In this document: positions 13,081-25,380 of the stretch, in pieces
How positions within the stretch are numbered: the first letter of the stretch is position 1
Layout of the letters: each line of letters begins with the position of its first letter
Source of the DNA: Microbotryum violaceum
Lineage: Eukaryota
Assembly (NCBI GenBank): GCA_001244265.2
Contig: CDLV01000014.1
Location: 62,001 to 126,000, forward strand
DNA length: 64,000 nucleotides
Direction: 5' to 3'
Made by a program: the position numbers and the translations under genes
The notes under the pieces: generated by a model
Databases searched by the model: none
What the model was told of the DNA's origin: nothing
The model's input: the letters and a program-made list of their open reading frames with translations, nothing else

Positions 13081-14026
13081 AAATAGGTCGTCTCAGTCGG
13101 TCTCACTGGCAGTAGGGTTCAGTCTGCTTCGGGCTTGAAGCAGAGAGTCATGTGCCAGGCTGCATTGAAAAAAAATATGGACCCTAGGCGAACGTGGGCG
13201 AACCGGCCTGTGGCTTGACCCATTCTGAAACAGCGCTAGCTAGCTGAGACGCGCTGGACCGAGAGCTGTGGCTGTACCGAAACTATTATGACGTCACGCC
13301 ACATGATTTGTCTTCCGTTCTTTGTCTGTTGGTTTGTCTGAGTACCTAGTTTGTCTCCCGTTCTCTCGCGTCCTTTGACGTTCTTTGGCTCGACAGTTGA
13401 TATTAGTAGTTTGGTTAGTCTGTAGATAAATAGATTGTAGATAGATAGATGAGACACGGTCGACCTTGCACTCCAAATTAAAGTCTGACATACCCAGACT
13501 CGGAGCTTTCTATGCATTTGAAAGGGTGGGGGCAGTGAGACTTCACCGCCACTTGCTAGCAGCCCCGGCGTCCCGAGCCGACTGCCAAATAGCAGGGTTT
13601 CCTGAGCTTTTTCATTCACAAGAACCCGAGCAATCGATCTGTTGAGCTCGTTCATTTGCCTTGCACTGTCGGCAATTCACGAAGCGGTACCTACCAAACG
13701 CAGAGGAAGCTCTGTCTGGTGTGGGTCGCGGGAGGAGGCTGTCAGCAGGATGGCCGCATGAGACCGGACGGTCGTTAGAGTAGTGCTAGCGCGGTTGCGA
13801 TTGCTGAGACTCGGCGATGGTGTCCCCCCGGTGCCGAACACAATTTAGGCAGGGCATGGTATAGCAAAGCGGAGGATCAAAAGGTGATATGAAATTATAG
13901 GGCATGAGAGATGAGTAAGGGCCGCTGAAAGACCTAAAGCGAGAGACGAGAGACAGGGTGAGAGCTGCGGAGCGCAGAGACAGGGCAAGAGTCGTGAATG
14001 ATGGCGAGAACGAGAATGAGATGCCC

Positions 14027-14061
14027 AGACTGGAGACTGGAGACTGGAGACTGGAGACTGG
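14027..14061. repeat. (AGACTGG)5 microsatellite; 2 units in copy B
   Basis: Direct reading. Confidence 0.9.
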
Positions 14062-14987
14062 GAACGATGCCGAACGAGACTTCAAACACACAGAAAGTGA
14101 TCCAGAGAAGATGCTCTATGATCGTGGACGTAGTTCTAAGACCATGAAGCAAATTCCTCCGAGACGCCTGCTGGAATAAACCGGCGTCCGTCCGCCTCAT
14201 CGCTCCCTTCGCTCCCCTTCACCGCCTCATCGGCTCACTAAGCCGCTTTCCTTCTGATCGACTCATTGATCCGCCCATCTCTCATTTCCTTCATCCCGTC
14301 CGTCCGTTCGGCCTGTCCTTCCGCATGCACCTCCGCCCTTTTCTCGCCGTTGACCGAGACACCGAGGCGCAAAGAGAGAGGAGCGCGCTTATGATTTACG
14401 TGCACAAACCTCCCTCAGGCTGCCTTCGCCGCTTCTGCGCCCATCCGGCGCGGCGCCTCGCCATGCTTTCCAAAGGTAGAGGTCCTTTCATGGTAGCTTT
14501 TGAGACACCGAAGCCATGCGGTGTCTATAAGTGCCCCTCGATAGGATGTTGCTGCTGCCACCGTGCGATAACGCCGCTGCCGCCGTCCGTGTGACCTTGC
14601 CGATGGTTGCCTCGTCGATACCCTGTCTTCAAACGCTTAAGTAGGTAGGTACGGTCACCGATGCTCCCATAACCGCTATCGATGGTTACAATCTCATGAG
14701 ATGACGACAACGGCGGGATCCCGTGTAGCCCAATAGCGCGTGGCAATACATGATAACCCGAAACAGCCGACACACACCCATCTAGTAAAGACACACACAC
14801 ACCCCCCTGAAACAAAGAGCGTCCCGGGATAATCTTGCATCTGACGACTCTAAGCTACCCTGAACCGCCTTGAACGGCAACCCGGAAGGCCAAGCTGACC
14901 AGGTCAGCGTACGCAATCCAACAAGTTCTCTCTCTTCTCGTCTCTCCCTATCCTTCTCTCTTCTTCCCCCATCCTGTTTTCATCAAC

Positions 14988-16238
14988 AAGAGGACTCCCG
15001 TTTTCCAATTGTTCTGCTCGACTGCCATCATCGCCATAGTCCACGCTGCCTGGGCTTCAGCCAGCCCCTTCAGAGGAGACGATGGCCTCGTCGTGTCACC
15101 TAAGGGTGAGTTGATCGCCGTTATTGACGCTCGCGGCTGTCCAGGAGCGTTGCAGTCACCTGACTCTTGAGGTAATTTCCATACACTGCCCCTTATTTGA
15201 ACCCTTCGATCATCTTGTTTTGACCTGCATGTGAGTTCGCGTAAAACTTTGTGATGATACTACTGCTTGCGGGAACGCTTGGATCTGACCTCTCCTCGTA
15301 CATGCGTTGTCGTATAGCCGTATCACTCTCGTAGTGGTGACCCGCGACATAGTTCGCCGTGTTAAAAAAAGCAACTGCTACACTCAATGCCACGAGCCAT
15401 GGTCTGACGCTTTTGGGTCAGTCTACGTTAGCAAGCCGTTTTCTTGTGCTTGATCAGGGGCCACACCTGGCCGCAAGCTTATTGACGACTAACCGCTGGA
15501 AACATTCTGCGTCTTCTTCCTGCAGGGCAGTCGCGGCAAAGGAATGGTGCGCAACGAGCCTCGCATGTCCAAAGGGCACATTGAGCTATCCAAAGAACGA
15601 ACCGAACATGCCTTCAGCTGCGGCGTTGTATATTTGGAAAATGGGGAACGTCCTTCCCCAGAAGTTGGGAAAATCCTAAACCTCACGGTCACTTCAAGTT
15701 GGCAACCTCAAAGTGAATTTTGTCGGCGCCCCGTCCCGGCGTTCTCCGCTCTGGGTGTCTCATAATTCCTTCGACCCCGCTGCTTGTCCAACGATGACTC
15801 TGATCTCGTGTATTGACAATGTTGGCTTACGTCACGCCATACTTCTCAGGTACCAGATTGCCTGCCGATTTGTATCATGGTCTGGCAACCCTGGTTCCGC
15901 GACCCCAAGCACCATCCGTGAGTCCAAACAACTTGAACGTCTCGAGGGTAGCCTGCTTGTAACGTTTAACCGTTGACCGTTCCGATCTGACGCCTACTGG
16001 CACTGGGTCGTTTCAGCGGCTGCACGACGCACGGCATTGACTCATTCAAGACGGCACAGCTCTTTTGCGCCAATACTTACTGCAAGAAAAAACCCTCAAC
16101 GCACAAAGGACCAAAGCACCCGATACATGTGAGCTCACGTTCTGTCTTCAGCGCCTCGCCGGCCGGCATGAGCTCGGAAGATTCTGATGCAACATCTCCA
16201 CACTCCGCCCCGCGACCTGAGCCGTCCTACAGCATTAG
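14988..16238 (+). pseudogene. Secreted Cys-rich protein family II, copy A (start codon lost, stop/frameshift in exon 3)
   Basis: AAG at 14988 where copy B has ATG. Exons read VVTRDIVRRVKKSNCYTQCHEPWSDAFG / AVAAKEWCATSLACPKG.. (TAA 15677-15679) / VPDCLPICIMVWQPWFRDPKHHP / GCTTHGIDSFKTAQLFCANTYCKKK. Confidence 0.8.
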
Positions 16239-17489
16239 TCAGACAATCCATCCCGGCCCATCGCATGTAGCTCACGTCTTGAACCTCCGCCCTTTGTGAA
16301 GACCAAGACGAGGGGACGGTTGCCTGAGCGGCGGCGACGTCGAGGTCAACTCCAACCCCACCGGCAGTTTTTTTTTTGGCGCCACTTGAAACTCTGCATT
16401 GTCTAAAGACTTTTTCCGTACCCATCATCTCGTTATATAGCTCCTTAGTTTGCTCATGGTACATATCAAATCCCACGTGACGTTCCATCCCGCGTCTTTC
16501 CGTTCTATGATCATGTTCGTGCTTGAGCGAAGATGGGTCTGTGAATCTAGAGTCCGGTGTGCTATATAACGTCCGAGAAAAGGAAACGTTTCGTCGTAGC
16601 GGGATGCCGATGTTGTAGAGGCCGCATCGGAAAGTAGCCTGAAACGACGCGCGCCACGCGGCGTCTCGTTGAAGTGACAGCGAAGTCCCAAGGGGACGAC
16701 AGCGGCTTGGGTCGTCGAAGTGATGAAAGCAAGGGTGAGGGCGAGGGCGAGGGCGAGGGCGGTTTTGAACTGAGCGTTTGAGAGGGACCAGGGTTGGCGT
16801 GGACGTGGAAGAGGAAGAAAGAGAAAGGAACTATCTGGTGGTCTATAAATCGAATTCTTCAGAACCACCGGCCTCAGTCTCGATCGTTCTCAATATCTTG
16901 GCCCTCGCCCGCCGCTCGCTCCGACGACCACTGGGATCCCGCGCCGTCCTTTCTGGTCGTCTGATCGATTCGCCGAACCAAATAGGAGATCCGATTCGCA
17001 TGAGATCGGCGTTGGAGATCGATAGAGGATTGTGGCGATGGCGATGGCGATGGCGATCGGAAAAGCGATAGAAGGATAAGGATCGACTGACTCTGGCTTT
17101 AACTAGCTGTCAGTTACATCTCGAGCGATCGACGCAGTCATAGCTGCCCCGGTAGCATACAACACAATATCAGGAACGCGTGGCAATGAAGATACACGTG
17201 AGCTGAGGACCAGGTCCAGCAGCAAGGCGGATTTTACAAGTCGTTCAGAAACGCTTCGCAGGGTAGGTAATGTGACCTTACCTTAGTCCTCCGGTGTCGG
17301 GTTGAGGGTGATGAGGCTGAACTCGAGCGAGTTTGACAACTCGATGATCTCCTTCACCCTCACGGCGGTGTCCTATCACCACACCAACGATATTCAGCAA
17401 AAAGCTGATATGCTTATGATCGAAACAAGCTTGAAAGTATACCTGTAGCAGATTCCTGGTGATCTTGCCTAGATTTATAGGCGAGTTCC

Positions 17490-17751
17490 TATGATGGATT
17501 TGGGACGCTATGTATCTCGCACCGAATGACACTTCAGTCAGAACCGTTGCGAGAGCGAACGGAGAAGAGACTAAGAAGTAAAGTGTCACCCAGGCTCACT
17601 GAACATACTAACAGGCTAATTACTTGTAATAAGGCCAGGGCCGGATTTATGAAGCAAAAATATCTTCTGTTTAGCATATCGGAAATAGAATCAGGAGTTC
17701 AAACCTAATCAGAATAGAAACTCTTCAAAATCTTAACCACTAATTGTGACA
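17490..17751 (-). mobile_element. Solo LTR of the copia-2 family, 5-bp TSD GTTCC
   Basis: GTTCC at 17485-17489 and 17752-17756; matches the LTRs at 61029 and 63806. Confidence 0.93.
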
Positions 17752-18015
17752 GTTCCTTCCTCCGTCGAGTTCGATGAGGTTGCCTTGTGTTCGACAAAGG
17801 TGCAGAAATGCAGATCGACTTGAGTGTCGAGGTCGGGGTTCGGTGGTGGAAGATTCGTTGTGGGAAGAGATAGTAATATGATGTTGTAGAGCAGGATCGG
17901 ATTACTGGAAGGACTTGAAGCCGTTTGACCGCTCGAAGCAGTTTCGGTGTGCACCCACCCGCTCGAGCTCGTCGGTCGCGGTCAATATCGATCAAGAGCT
18001 GGGCTCGTTCAAGTG

Positions 18016-18604
18016 TAAGCTCGACGCCCCTCCCTTTGGGAGGGGCTTGTGAGTTATCGGCGCGTTTGGCCCAGTTGCCCTCCGAAATTTTGGCCCTGAA
18101 AAGTGCCCCCTTGCTGTAGCATGGCATATATTGGTGCTATCTGAAAACTGGAGGGATACGTCTTTACTTCATCTCTATTGATGAGGCTTCACCGAAGCTT
18201 GAAGTCTAGGAACGCTTGATCATCTCGCTACAGCAGCTTGAATCAAGTGATTCCGAACGAGACGCAGGTCGGCGGACGGACCAGTCGTAGTCCAGTCCGA
18301 GGCTCGCCGATGATGAGAGCGCCAACTACACGATGCGCTCGGACCATCTGTGGCCCGATCGACCGAAATCGCAGACTTCGGATCGCTGTAGCTCCACCCA
18401 CAGCTTATGAAAGCTCTCGTCACTTGGGGTATGTCATTTTTAGAGCATAAAGAAAAATAGGCTCCCTCACTTTTGCATGAATGTAAGTATTTGCCAAGTT
18501 ACAGAAAACCACCCCAAAATGGCCATGAAATTTCGGAGGGCATCTGGGCCAAGCGCGCCGATAACTCGCAAGCCCCTCCCAGAGGGAGGGCTTAGTTGAG
18601 CTTA
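18016..18604. mobile_element. MITE, 589 bp, ~80-bp imperfect TIRs, 9-bp TSD GTTCAAGTG
   Basis: TSD at 18007-18015 and 18605-18613; ends TAAGCTC...GAGCTTA; inverted CCCTCCCT.TGGGAGGGGCTTG.GAGTTATCGGCGCG arms. Confidence 0.9.
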
Positions 18605-18709
18605 GTTCAAGTGGGGTCTGAGATTTCGGATGGGGTAGGGCCCGGCGCCTCTGGTCTGCTCTGTCCCCGACCCCCCACCCAGTCTTTGTGGACTTTGTAT
18701 GCCCGGCCG

Positions 18710-19010
18710 TGTCTCGTTCGGAACGTCGACTTGTCGAACTACGAGTCCTCTTCTTTCACTCGATCTGGAAGCTCTGTCGCCGTCGTCGATTCTCGTCGGA
18801 TCTTTTGGAACCGATCACCGAAACGGAGTTCGAGGGGCTTCGAGCCTCTATCCAGGAGTCCAAGGGTCGCCTAGTGTCTCTGTAAGACACCAAAGGGGGT
18901 TTTAGTGGGTATGTTTGATCCTGGTTCAGGGTCAATGAGTCCTACACTACTGGCTTCTGCCAGTGTGCGTAACAGCATTCCCTCCGACTTTTCCGAAGAT
19001 TTCTAGGTAT
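18710..19010 (-). repeat. Internal segment of TIR family X
   Basis: Similar to 25749-26095 and, in part, to the reverse complement of ~36925-37120. Confidence 0.8.
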
Positions 19011-19159
19011 TAATATAATTATGCTGTTAATGAAGTCTATCAAATAAATAAAAAAGAGTCCATTTCAGTTTGACTCGCGCGACACGCCACCGACCGCGGT
19101 CGTGGCACCCAATCACTGGCACTCTATACTCTACAAAGGTGTTTACAAAGGTGTTCAAA

Positions 19160-21300
19160 ATGCCTGTGATCATTAATATCGAACCGAGCTTTGCTCTCAC
19201 CTCCGAGGAATTTGCAATCTTGAGCCCTGTTGCCGACCTACGCCTCGTTGACCTACTCGCGTACGACCTACCTGCGCCCGACGCTTCTCTCCGACTTGCT
19301 CTATCGAAAGATGACCCTCGACATTTTGACGCGCTGCCACGCCCCTTGAATCAATCTATCGGAAAGTTTTTCAATCAAAGCTTTCTATCCTTGGCTTATC
19401 TCGATGGCTATCGATCTATCGCATTCGCCGTATCGGGGTCGTCGGTCAATGCGCCTTCCTCTCAATGCCTCGGCGTTATGGGCCCATCTCGACAAGGCAG
19501 AAAAAATTCGATATATCATCCACAACATTCAAGAACAGGTTTCTCAATTAGCTAACGCCGACGCAATTCGGGAGCATGAGCTTGCCAGTGCTCGTCATCA
19601 CCTCACTCGCATACGTTGGACAGCTGTCGACCGCGTCTATCTCCGAGGTCGATCTACACGCCTCCAAGACTTTCTACAGATCCTCAGTGAGTTTGCATCC
19701 TCTCGACTCATTCATGAGTCGATCTTGGATGCTGATGTGGGTAGAATCTTGCGTGTGTCTGCAGGCTCCGCCTGGTACTCCGAAACACATCCGAGTCGAC
19801 CGTTCGCCAAGGTGTCCCTCCGAACGTGAACGAGGCTGGTCTGAACCAAGTCCTCGATCGTCTCCGTCTTGTCGGATCGGAGCCATTACCGTGTATTATG
19901 CGACGCGAGGAATGCGACGCGCTTCTTTCGGTGACTGCGCTTGACATTGACCAGGAAGCTCTGATGTACGTAGCTTGGTGTTTGAGAGCAACAAACGATC
20001 ACTAACAACCGTATATTGAACCCTCAGCGATGCTGTTGATGCGGGCTTCGATCAAGTCGATGCAGAAGAAGAAGATCGACAATTTCAAACGATCCTGGCC
20101 GAAGCATGCCATGAGCATGAGCAATCCGTGAGTGAACACAATTATCGGTTGATCGATGCATTTACCGATACAGACCCGTGTTCCCAACCAGTGGGAAGAG
20201 CCCCCGTACCCGCGTGATCTTCCAGAGAAAGGGGCCCTCTACTCTGTCCCCACACTCGACTTGGACAGCTTGCTCGCTCGACGACGTGCACACCAATGCC
20301 GACACCTCGAGAAGATCAAGTTTAAAGGTGGCGCGCAGAACGTAGCGTCAGATCAACCCTTTGCCCAAAACCGAACCGAGCACCGCGGCAACGTGCATTC
20401 TGCCGCACTTCGACGGATAGTCGAGACAATGGGAATGGACAGGTATCGACAGTCTGTGGAGAACGAGAGGAACCTTCGCTTCAGGGGCAAATATCCGGGA
20501 GAAGACGTTGCAAGAGCAAGCGACAACTGCGATCATCACCGAGGGACGATCTCACGTTAGTCGCTGATTCGTGATGTATCATGACGCAAGCTGTGGCGTG
20601 CCTTTTCTTGCGCTCACATTTGACTCCGACACCACAGGACAAAATGAAAGGACGACAAGAGGTCTATGGTCAGATCATGTCGAACCACGTACTCGTCCGA
20701 GCTGTTGATGTGTCTGCACTCCGTTCTCTCAAGGTGGACACACTGGTCGTGTATGGAATCCCAGAAGAACCTATGGGTTTGCCTTCGGTGAACAATGCGG
20801 GGAACGACTGGCAATCGGGATAGGTATGCCAAACTACTACTTGTGTGGGGAAACTTCACATGACTGACTAGCACCGTGACTGCGCATTTTACTTGTCACC
20901 TTCCGTGCAGTGAGGAACATTTACAAGAAGTCAAGCACAACTTATGAAAGTGTTGAAAGTCTTGACTCTCTTGCTTTTTTCGCAAATGCCGTGATATAAG
21001 AGCTGCGTGTCATCGCTCCGGAAGTTTACTCCAACCTGTCTCATCAGGGCAACACGCGCATTCGTCAAGTCGATGGGCGCTGTATCATAAATTCGCTCAA
21101 ACCGGACTTGTCAAGCATCAACTACGAGGTCAAGGATTCCACACGATCTAACTGGCGTGATGAAGGGGAAATTCACATCACCGTCAATCAAGAAAAACGG
21201 TACAGGCTTTTGCAGAACATTAAAGGAATTTGAGCAACATCCCTTGCTTGTCTTGCACCAGGAGGCCGTTCAGACGAAGACGAAGGGCGTCAACAATGAT
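19160..21300 (+). pseudogene. Degenerate coding remnant inside TIR family X (possible element-encoded protein)
   Basis: Frameshifted protein-like stretches (MPVIINIEPSF..SLAYLDGYRSIAF..RLPLNASALWAHL..) lying between family-X internal and terminal segments. No catalytic motif recognised. Confidence 0.4.
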
Positions 21301-21419
21301 GAAGAATGAAGGTCAGCCTGGCTCATGCTCGTATGGCGGTAAGCTTTGTCAGAGCTTGGCCCATCAAGCGCGGCAGTGGATCGCGGCGGGGCGGGTGTGG
21401 AGCAGAGCTAGCAGAGCGC

Positions 21420-21666
21420 TGGCGGCGCTCTTGGTGTGCGCGCGCGCGACCTTTCCGGCCCGCGCGCGGCGGAAACGCAGTCTGCGCGCAGCGCAGAAAA
21501 AATCTGAGCATTGTAGAGCTTGGAGAGTAGTTTTCAAAACTTATTCAGCACTAGACGGCCCTCATATTTGGACATTTTCAGTCAAAATCTGGAAATTGTT
21601 TGGACATTTTGCCTCGAAAAAGGCCGTTTTTAGAGGGTCGCCTATGACTGGGCTTTCGGGGGTCCT
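21420..21666 (-). mobile_element. Opposite terminal segment of TIR family X, inverted
   Basis: Reverse complement of ~36656-36910; ends GGGCTTTCGGGGGTCCT. Confidence 0.85.
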
Positions 21667-21713
21667 AGCTGCAGCGCGACAGAGCGCGACGGACTGCGAT
21701 GGCGGAAGGCGAC

Positions 21714-21818
21714 CTGCATCCCTCCCTTTAAGCAGCCACTGCATCCCTTCCTTTAACCAGCCACTGCATCCCTCCCTTTGACCAGCCACTGCATCCCTTC
21801 CTTTAACCAGCTACTGCA
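21714..21818. repeat. 25-bp minisatellite x4 (CTGCATCCCTYCCTTTAACCAGCCA)
   Basis: Direct reading. Confidence 0.9.
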
Positions 21819-21868
21819 GTACATCTTCCCGCTCCCCCATCCGAGGTCTGCATCAACAGTGAGTCAGA

Positions 21869-24372
21869 ATGCCCTCCTCCTGTTCGTTCCGCGTGGTCTG
21901 GCTGTTCAGTGTTGATCCAACATTATTGACCCATGGACTGGACCCGACGGCAATTGCAGTGCCTAGTCAGGCCGTCCGGCGCTCGGACCAGTCTATCTCG
22001 GGCGAGGCGTCGTCGGGGCCCGAGAACCGAAGAAGCCCGCGACTGATGCAAATGTCCAACGTCGCGCCCCCGCCCAAGCGCAATCAATGCGCCGCGTCGC
22101 GTCTACACTTGCGTCCCCCGCCCCGCCGCCACCCAATCATTGCCGACACACCTGCCCAGCTCGTCGGCTTGCACCCCGCGCAAGCCAAACAACCACGACA
22201 AGACTCGACCAGGGCGAGCAGGTCGCTCATGCGAGGCCGCAGGCCTGTCAGGCATGTCGGGCCTCGTCGATGCTTTACCACGCTCGAGCCCGATGGAGTC
22301 GAGTCCTGTCGTGTCAGTGACCGCCACGGCGGCAGAGAGAGAGCAACAGCTCTTCGCTCACATGAGCAAACCTCGACTCTCGAAGGCGATGGACAAGTAC
22401 TTCCTTGCCACGCCTTCGAAGTACGAGGCCAAGGTACTGGAACCGACGAAGCAACTGGGGACGGAGGCTGCGATGAGAGAGATCGCCAACGCGATCAAGG
22501 ATGTGGTGAGTGCCCCGGTGCTATCGCTTGGCTTCGACCGCACGAGTATGACTGACCACTGTCTCCCGATCATTGATGCACCCGGGTGTAGACTGGTGAT
22601 CGACGTCTGGTCGGATGCGGCAACTCGGGTAGCTTCATCAAGCTGGCGCCCGATCGCGGGGAGCAGGAGAAGACGCCCGACGCCGTCATATTGACGCATG
22701 CGGCGGTGGCCGCTTCCCCGATCTCCCGTTCCTTTGGGCGCAGTCAGAGCACCCAAAGTCGACGGAAGGCACGCCCCGTCGCCTCAACGCGCATACTCGC
22801 AGATTGCAGTGGCGATTGAGGTGAAAGAGAGCGACACGAAGAGCGCAGAAGCGCGTAACCAAGTGCTTAGGCGGCTACACATGATCTGCACGACCGCGCT
22901 CCGTGCCCACGCGATCGGGGTCACCCTTTGCGGGGACGTACTTCAAGTCTACCTCGTCAACGCGTGTGGGGTGTTCACGACGAGCGCCCGCAAGTGCGGT
23001 CAGGAAGCCGTGCTGCTCCGGCGCGTGCTGTCACACCTCATCGAACTCGACGACAATGGGCTCGGGATGCTGGCCTCGACGAACGAGGTCGACAATGGTT
23101 TCGGCAATTTTGTCGTCTCGGACAAGTTTCTCCCACCCCGCGCCCACGACTTCGAGTCCGAGCTCGGCGATATCTCAGATCTCGAGATCCAGGAGCTCCT
23201 CTTCCGACGTCGAAGCTGCACGGGTCGTGCAACCTCCGCTTTCCGCGTTACCGCAAGACACGCGCCTGTCGACCCCACGTCGATCAGCTTGCCTACATCT
23301 GCCACCGAGTACGCCATGACAGTCGCATGGGTCGAGCAATCCCGCCTCGGCGATGCGATTGCCCTACGTCGCAAGATGCACGCTGCGTCGGGTATCGACA
23401 CCGAGGGTTTAAGCCTTAGCGCCGGCATCTACCGGGACAACTTCCGCACGCTTCCAACTTTCCTCGGTGATGATGAAAGCTTCGATGATATCGGGCCCCG
23501 GGCACTCGAGGTGGTCTTCCACCGACAGTGTTATCAGCCCCTCAACACGGCGACCACGACCAGGGAACTCGCTCAGGCCGTACTTGGAGTCGTCAAAGGT
23601 GAGCACGGAAATCAACTGGGTGGCCTTGCGTTTGCGCTCCCTAGCTGATACGCGCGTTCCCATGACAATGCAGGACACCGAAACCTCTTCAAGCTGGGGT
23701 ATATCCACCGGGATATCTCGTACGGTAACGCCGTCATCGACCACGATGGTGTCGGCGCCCTCATCGATTATCACCTCGCCGTCCCGCATGATCGACCTTG
23801 CAACGAGCTGCACCACAGAATACGATCCGTGCGTCCTCCCCTCTGTATGTTTCCTCGAATGAAGTTTTTGACAAGCACTAACGTTTGGACTATACGACGT
23901 CTTCCAGGGCACGTGGCCCTACCTCGCCTGCTCGATCCTCGCTCAACCGAACGAGCCACTCGGTGTCGTCCACGAACGGTGGCACGACATCGAGTCGCTC
24001 TTCTACGTCGTGATGGAAATTTCGTTTCGCGAGCCTTACCAGGGCAACAATGAAGAGCTTGTCATGACGCCAAAGGGTCAGGTTATCTGGGCGGACTGGA
24101 ATCGGCCAGAAGCGCACGTAGTCTATACCTTCAAGGTTGTGCTTCGCAGGGATCCGGCATACCGATCTGTACTCCAAGGCTGCGCACATCGATGGACAAA
24201 CATCCGCCTACTCCTTGACATCTTGAGACACCATTGTGGTCTTGATAACCAGTTCAATAATTCCGAGGTGGCGGAGGAAGAAGCCCAACTGGGGGAGTTG
24301 TGGGGTCCATCCAAGGTGATGTCGCACGAGTCCATCATCTCGGACATTGAGCAGCTGCTTCCCTTGCTCTGA
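21869..24372 (+). pseudogene. Fungal-type protein kinase (FunK1/Pkinase_fungal), probably frameshifted
   Basis: KTPDAVIL, VAIEVK, YIHRDISYGN, LIDYHLA, GTWPYLA, HERWHDIESLFYV. Introns near 23599 and 23829. In-frame TGA at 22692-22694. Start position uncertain. Confidence 0.8.
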
Positions 24373-25380
24373 AGTGACCACCTGTGCGCTGGGCTTAAAT
24401 ATAGTTACTCGTTGTTAGTTCCGATCATTGCAATAGATACCCAAGGTCACGTTCCGTCCGTTCCAGTATAATTCCAGGCTGGAGATAGGATTGCGCCAGC
24501 GGTGCCTTCATTCGGCTCGACTGTGCAGAGTTTCTGGCCTAAGTTGTGATCTGGGAGGGCCCTCACATCATTCACGTTTTGCTTATAGGAGTGTTGTTTT
24601 TGGAAATGTATCAGGTTTATTGTCCTGTCCCCTGTATCAAAACGGGTGGCCTTGAACCAGCGAAATGAAATCCATAGCCCCGCACCAAAATCTTGTCTTT
24701 GATCTCACTGACCTTTCGAGATTTGCCACACAACACCCATCTCATTGCTTCATATCTTACTCGAACTCGATCCTACGGTGCACACGTTGGATCATACAGT
24801 CACGACTCGGGGTTCTCCACACCATTCGGCGTTGGACCGTGACGATCTTCTGCACTCTCAATCGATCTCGGCGATTCGCTCGACCAGCTTGATACGTACG
24901 ATCAGCATCCCACATATGCGAGTTGCACGATCATACACGCGGCAGCAAGCCTGGTCATTTGGTCGTGGACTGTGCTCAGCGAAGCACGGTGTTCCATCTC
25001 CTCTTGCTTCGCTTCTTCTTGCACTCACCTCGCTTGGTGTTGACAAACTCGTTTGGCATTTACTAAGCGAGCACGTGTCCGAAAGGTCAGTGCGTGCCTT
25101 CAACCTAAGGACCTTCTCTTCCTCCATACCTTGTGTTGCAAGTATGTGCACTCTTGCTTATGTACGGCTTTTCATTTGCTCCACAGGTCTCATTGCAGAT
25201 TCCGGCCTGCGCTTAGATCGACTCTTCACACATGCAAGCGCGAAACTTACGGCTGCCGTAGGGCACGACTTGCCAAAACAGAAAAGTGTGTCTGCAAGGG
25301 CCAAAGTAATGTTGGCTCCCTTCTGATTTCAATCGGCAATGATTGAAGGGATAAAGGGGTACCCCTTGGGGTTACCTCTC

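Larger units (their letters stand above)
11821..17751. repeat. Duplicated block, copy A (paralogous to 55009-61287)
   Basis: Collinear and near-identical; many ORF-track entries recur ~43.5 kb downstream. Confidence 0.97.

Noticed and set aside
11821-17751. RIP-like hypermutation as the cause of A/B divergence
   Set aside because: Exon differences include many transversions and cluster in coding exons; no obvious directional C-to-T pattern by eye (not formally tested).
21714-21818. 25-bp repeats as a CRISPR array
   Set aside because: No spacers and a eukaryotic context; it is a minisatellite.
24665-25346. Overlapping ORFs downstream of the kinase
   Set aside because: No recognisable motifs or splice model; left unassigned.
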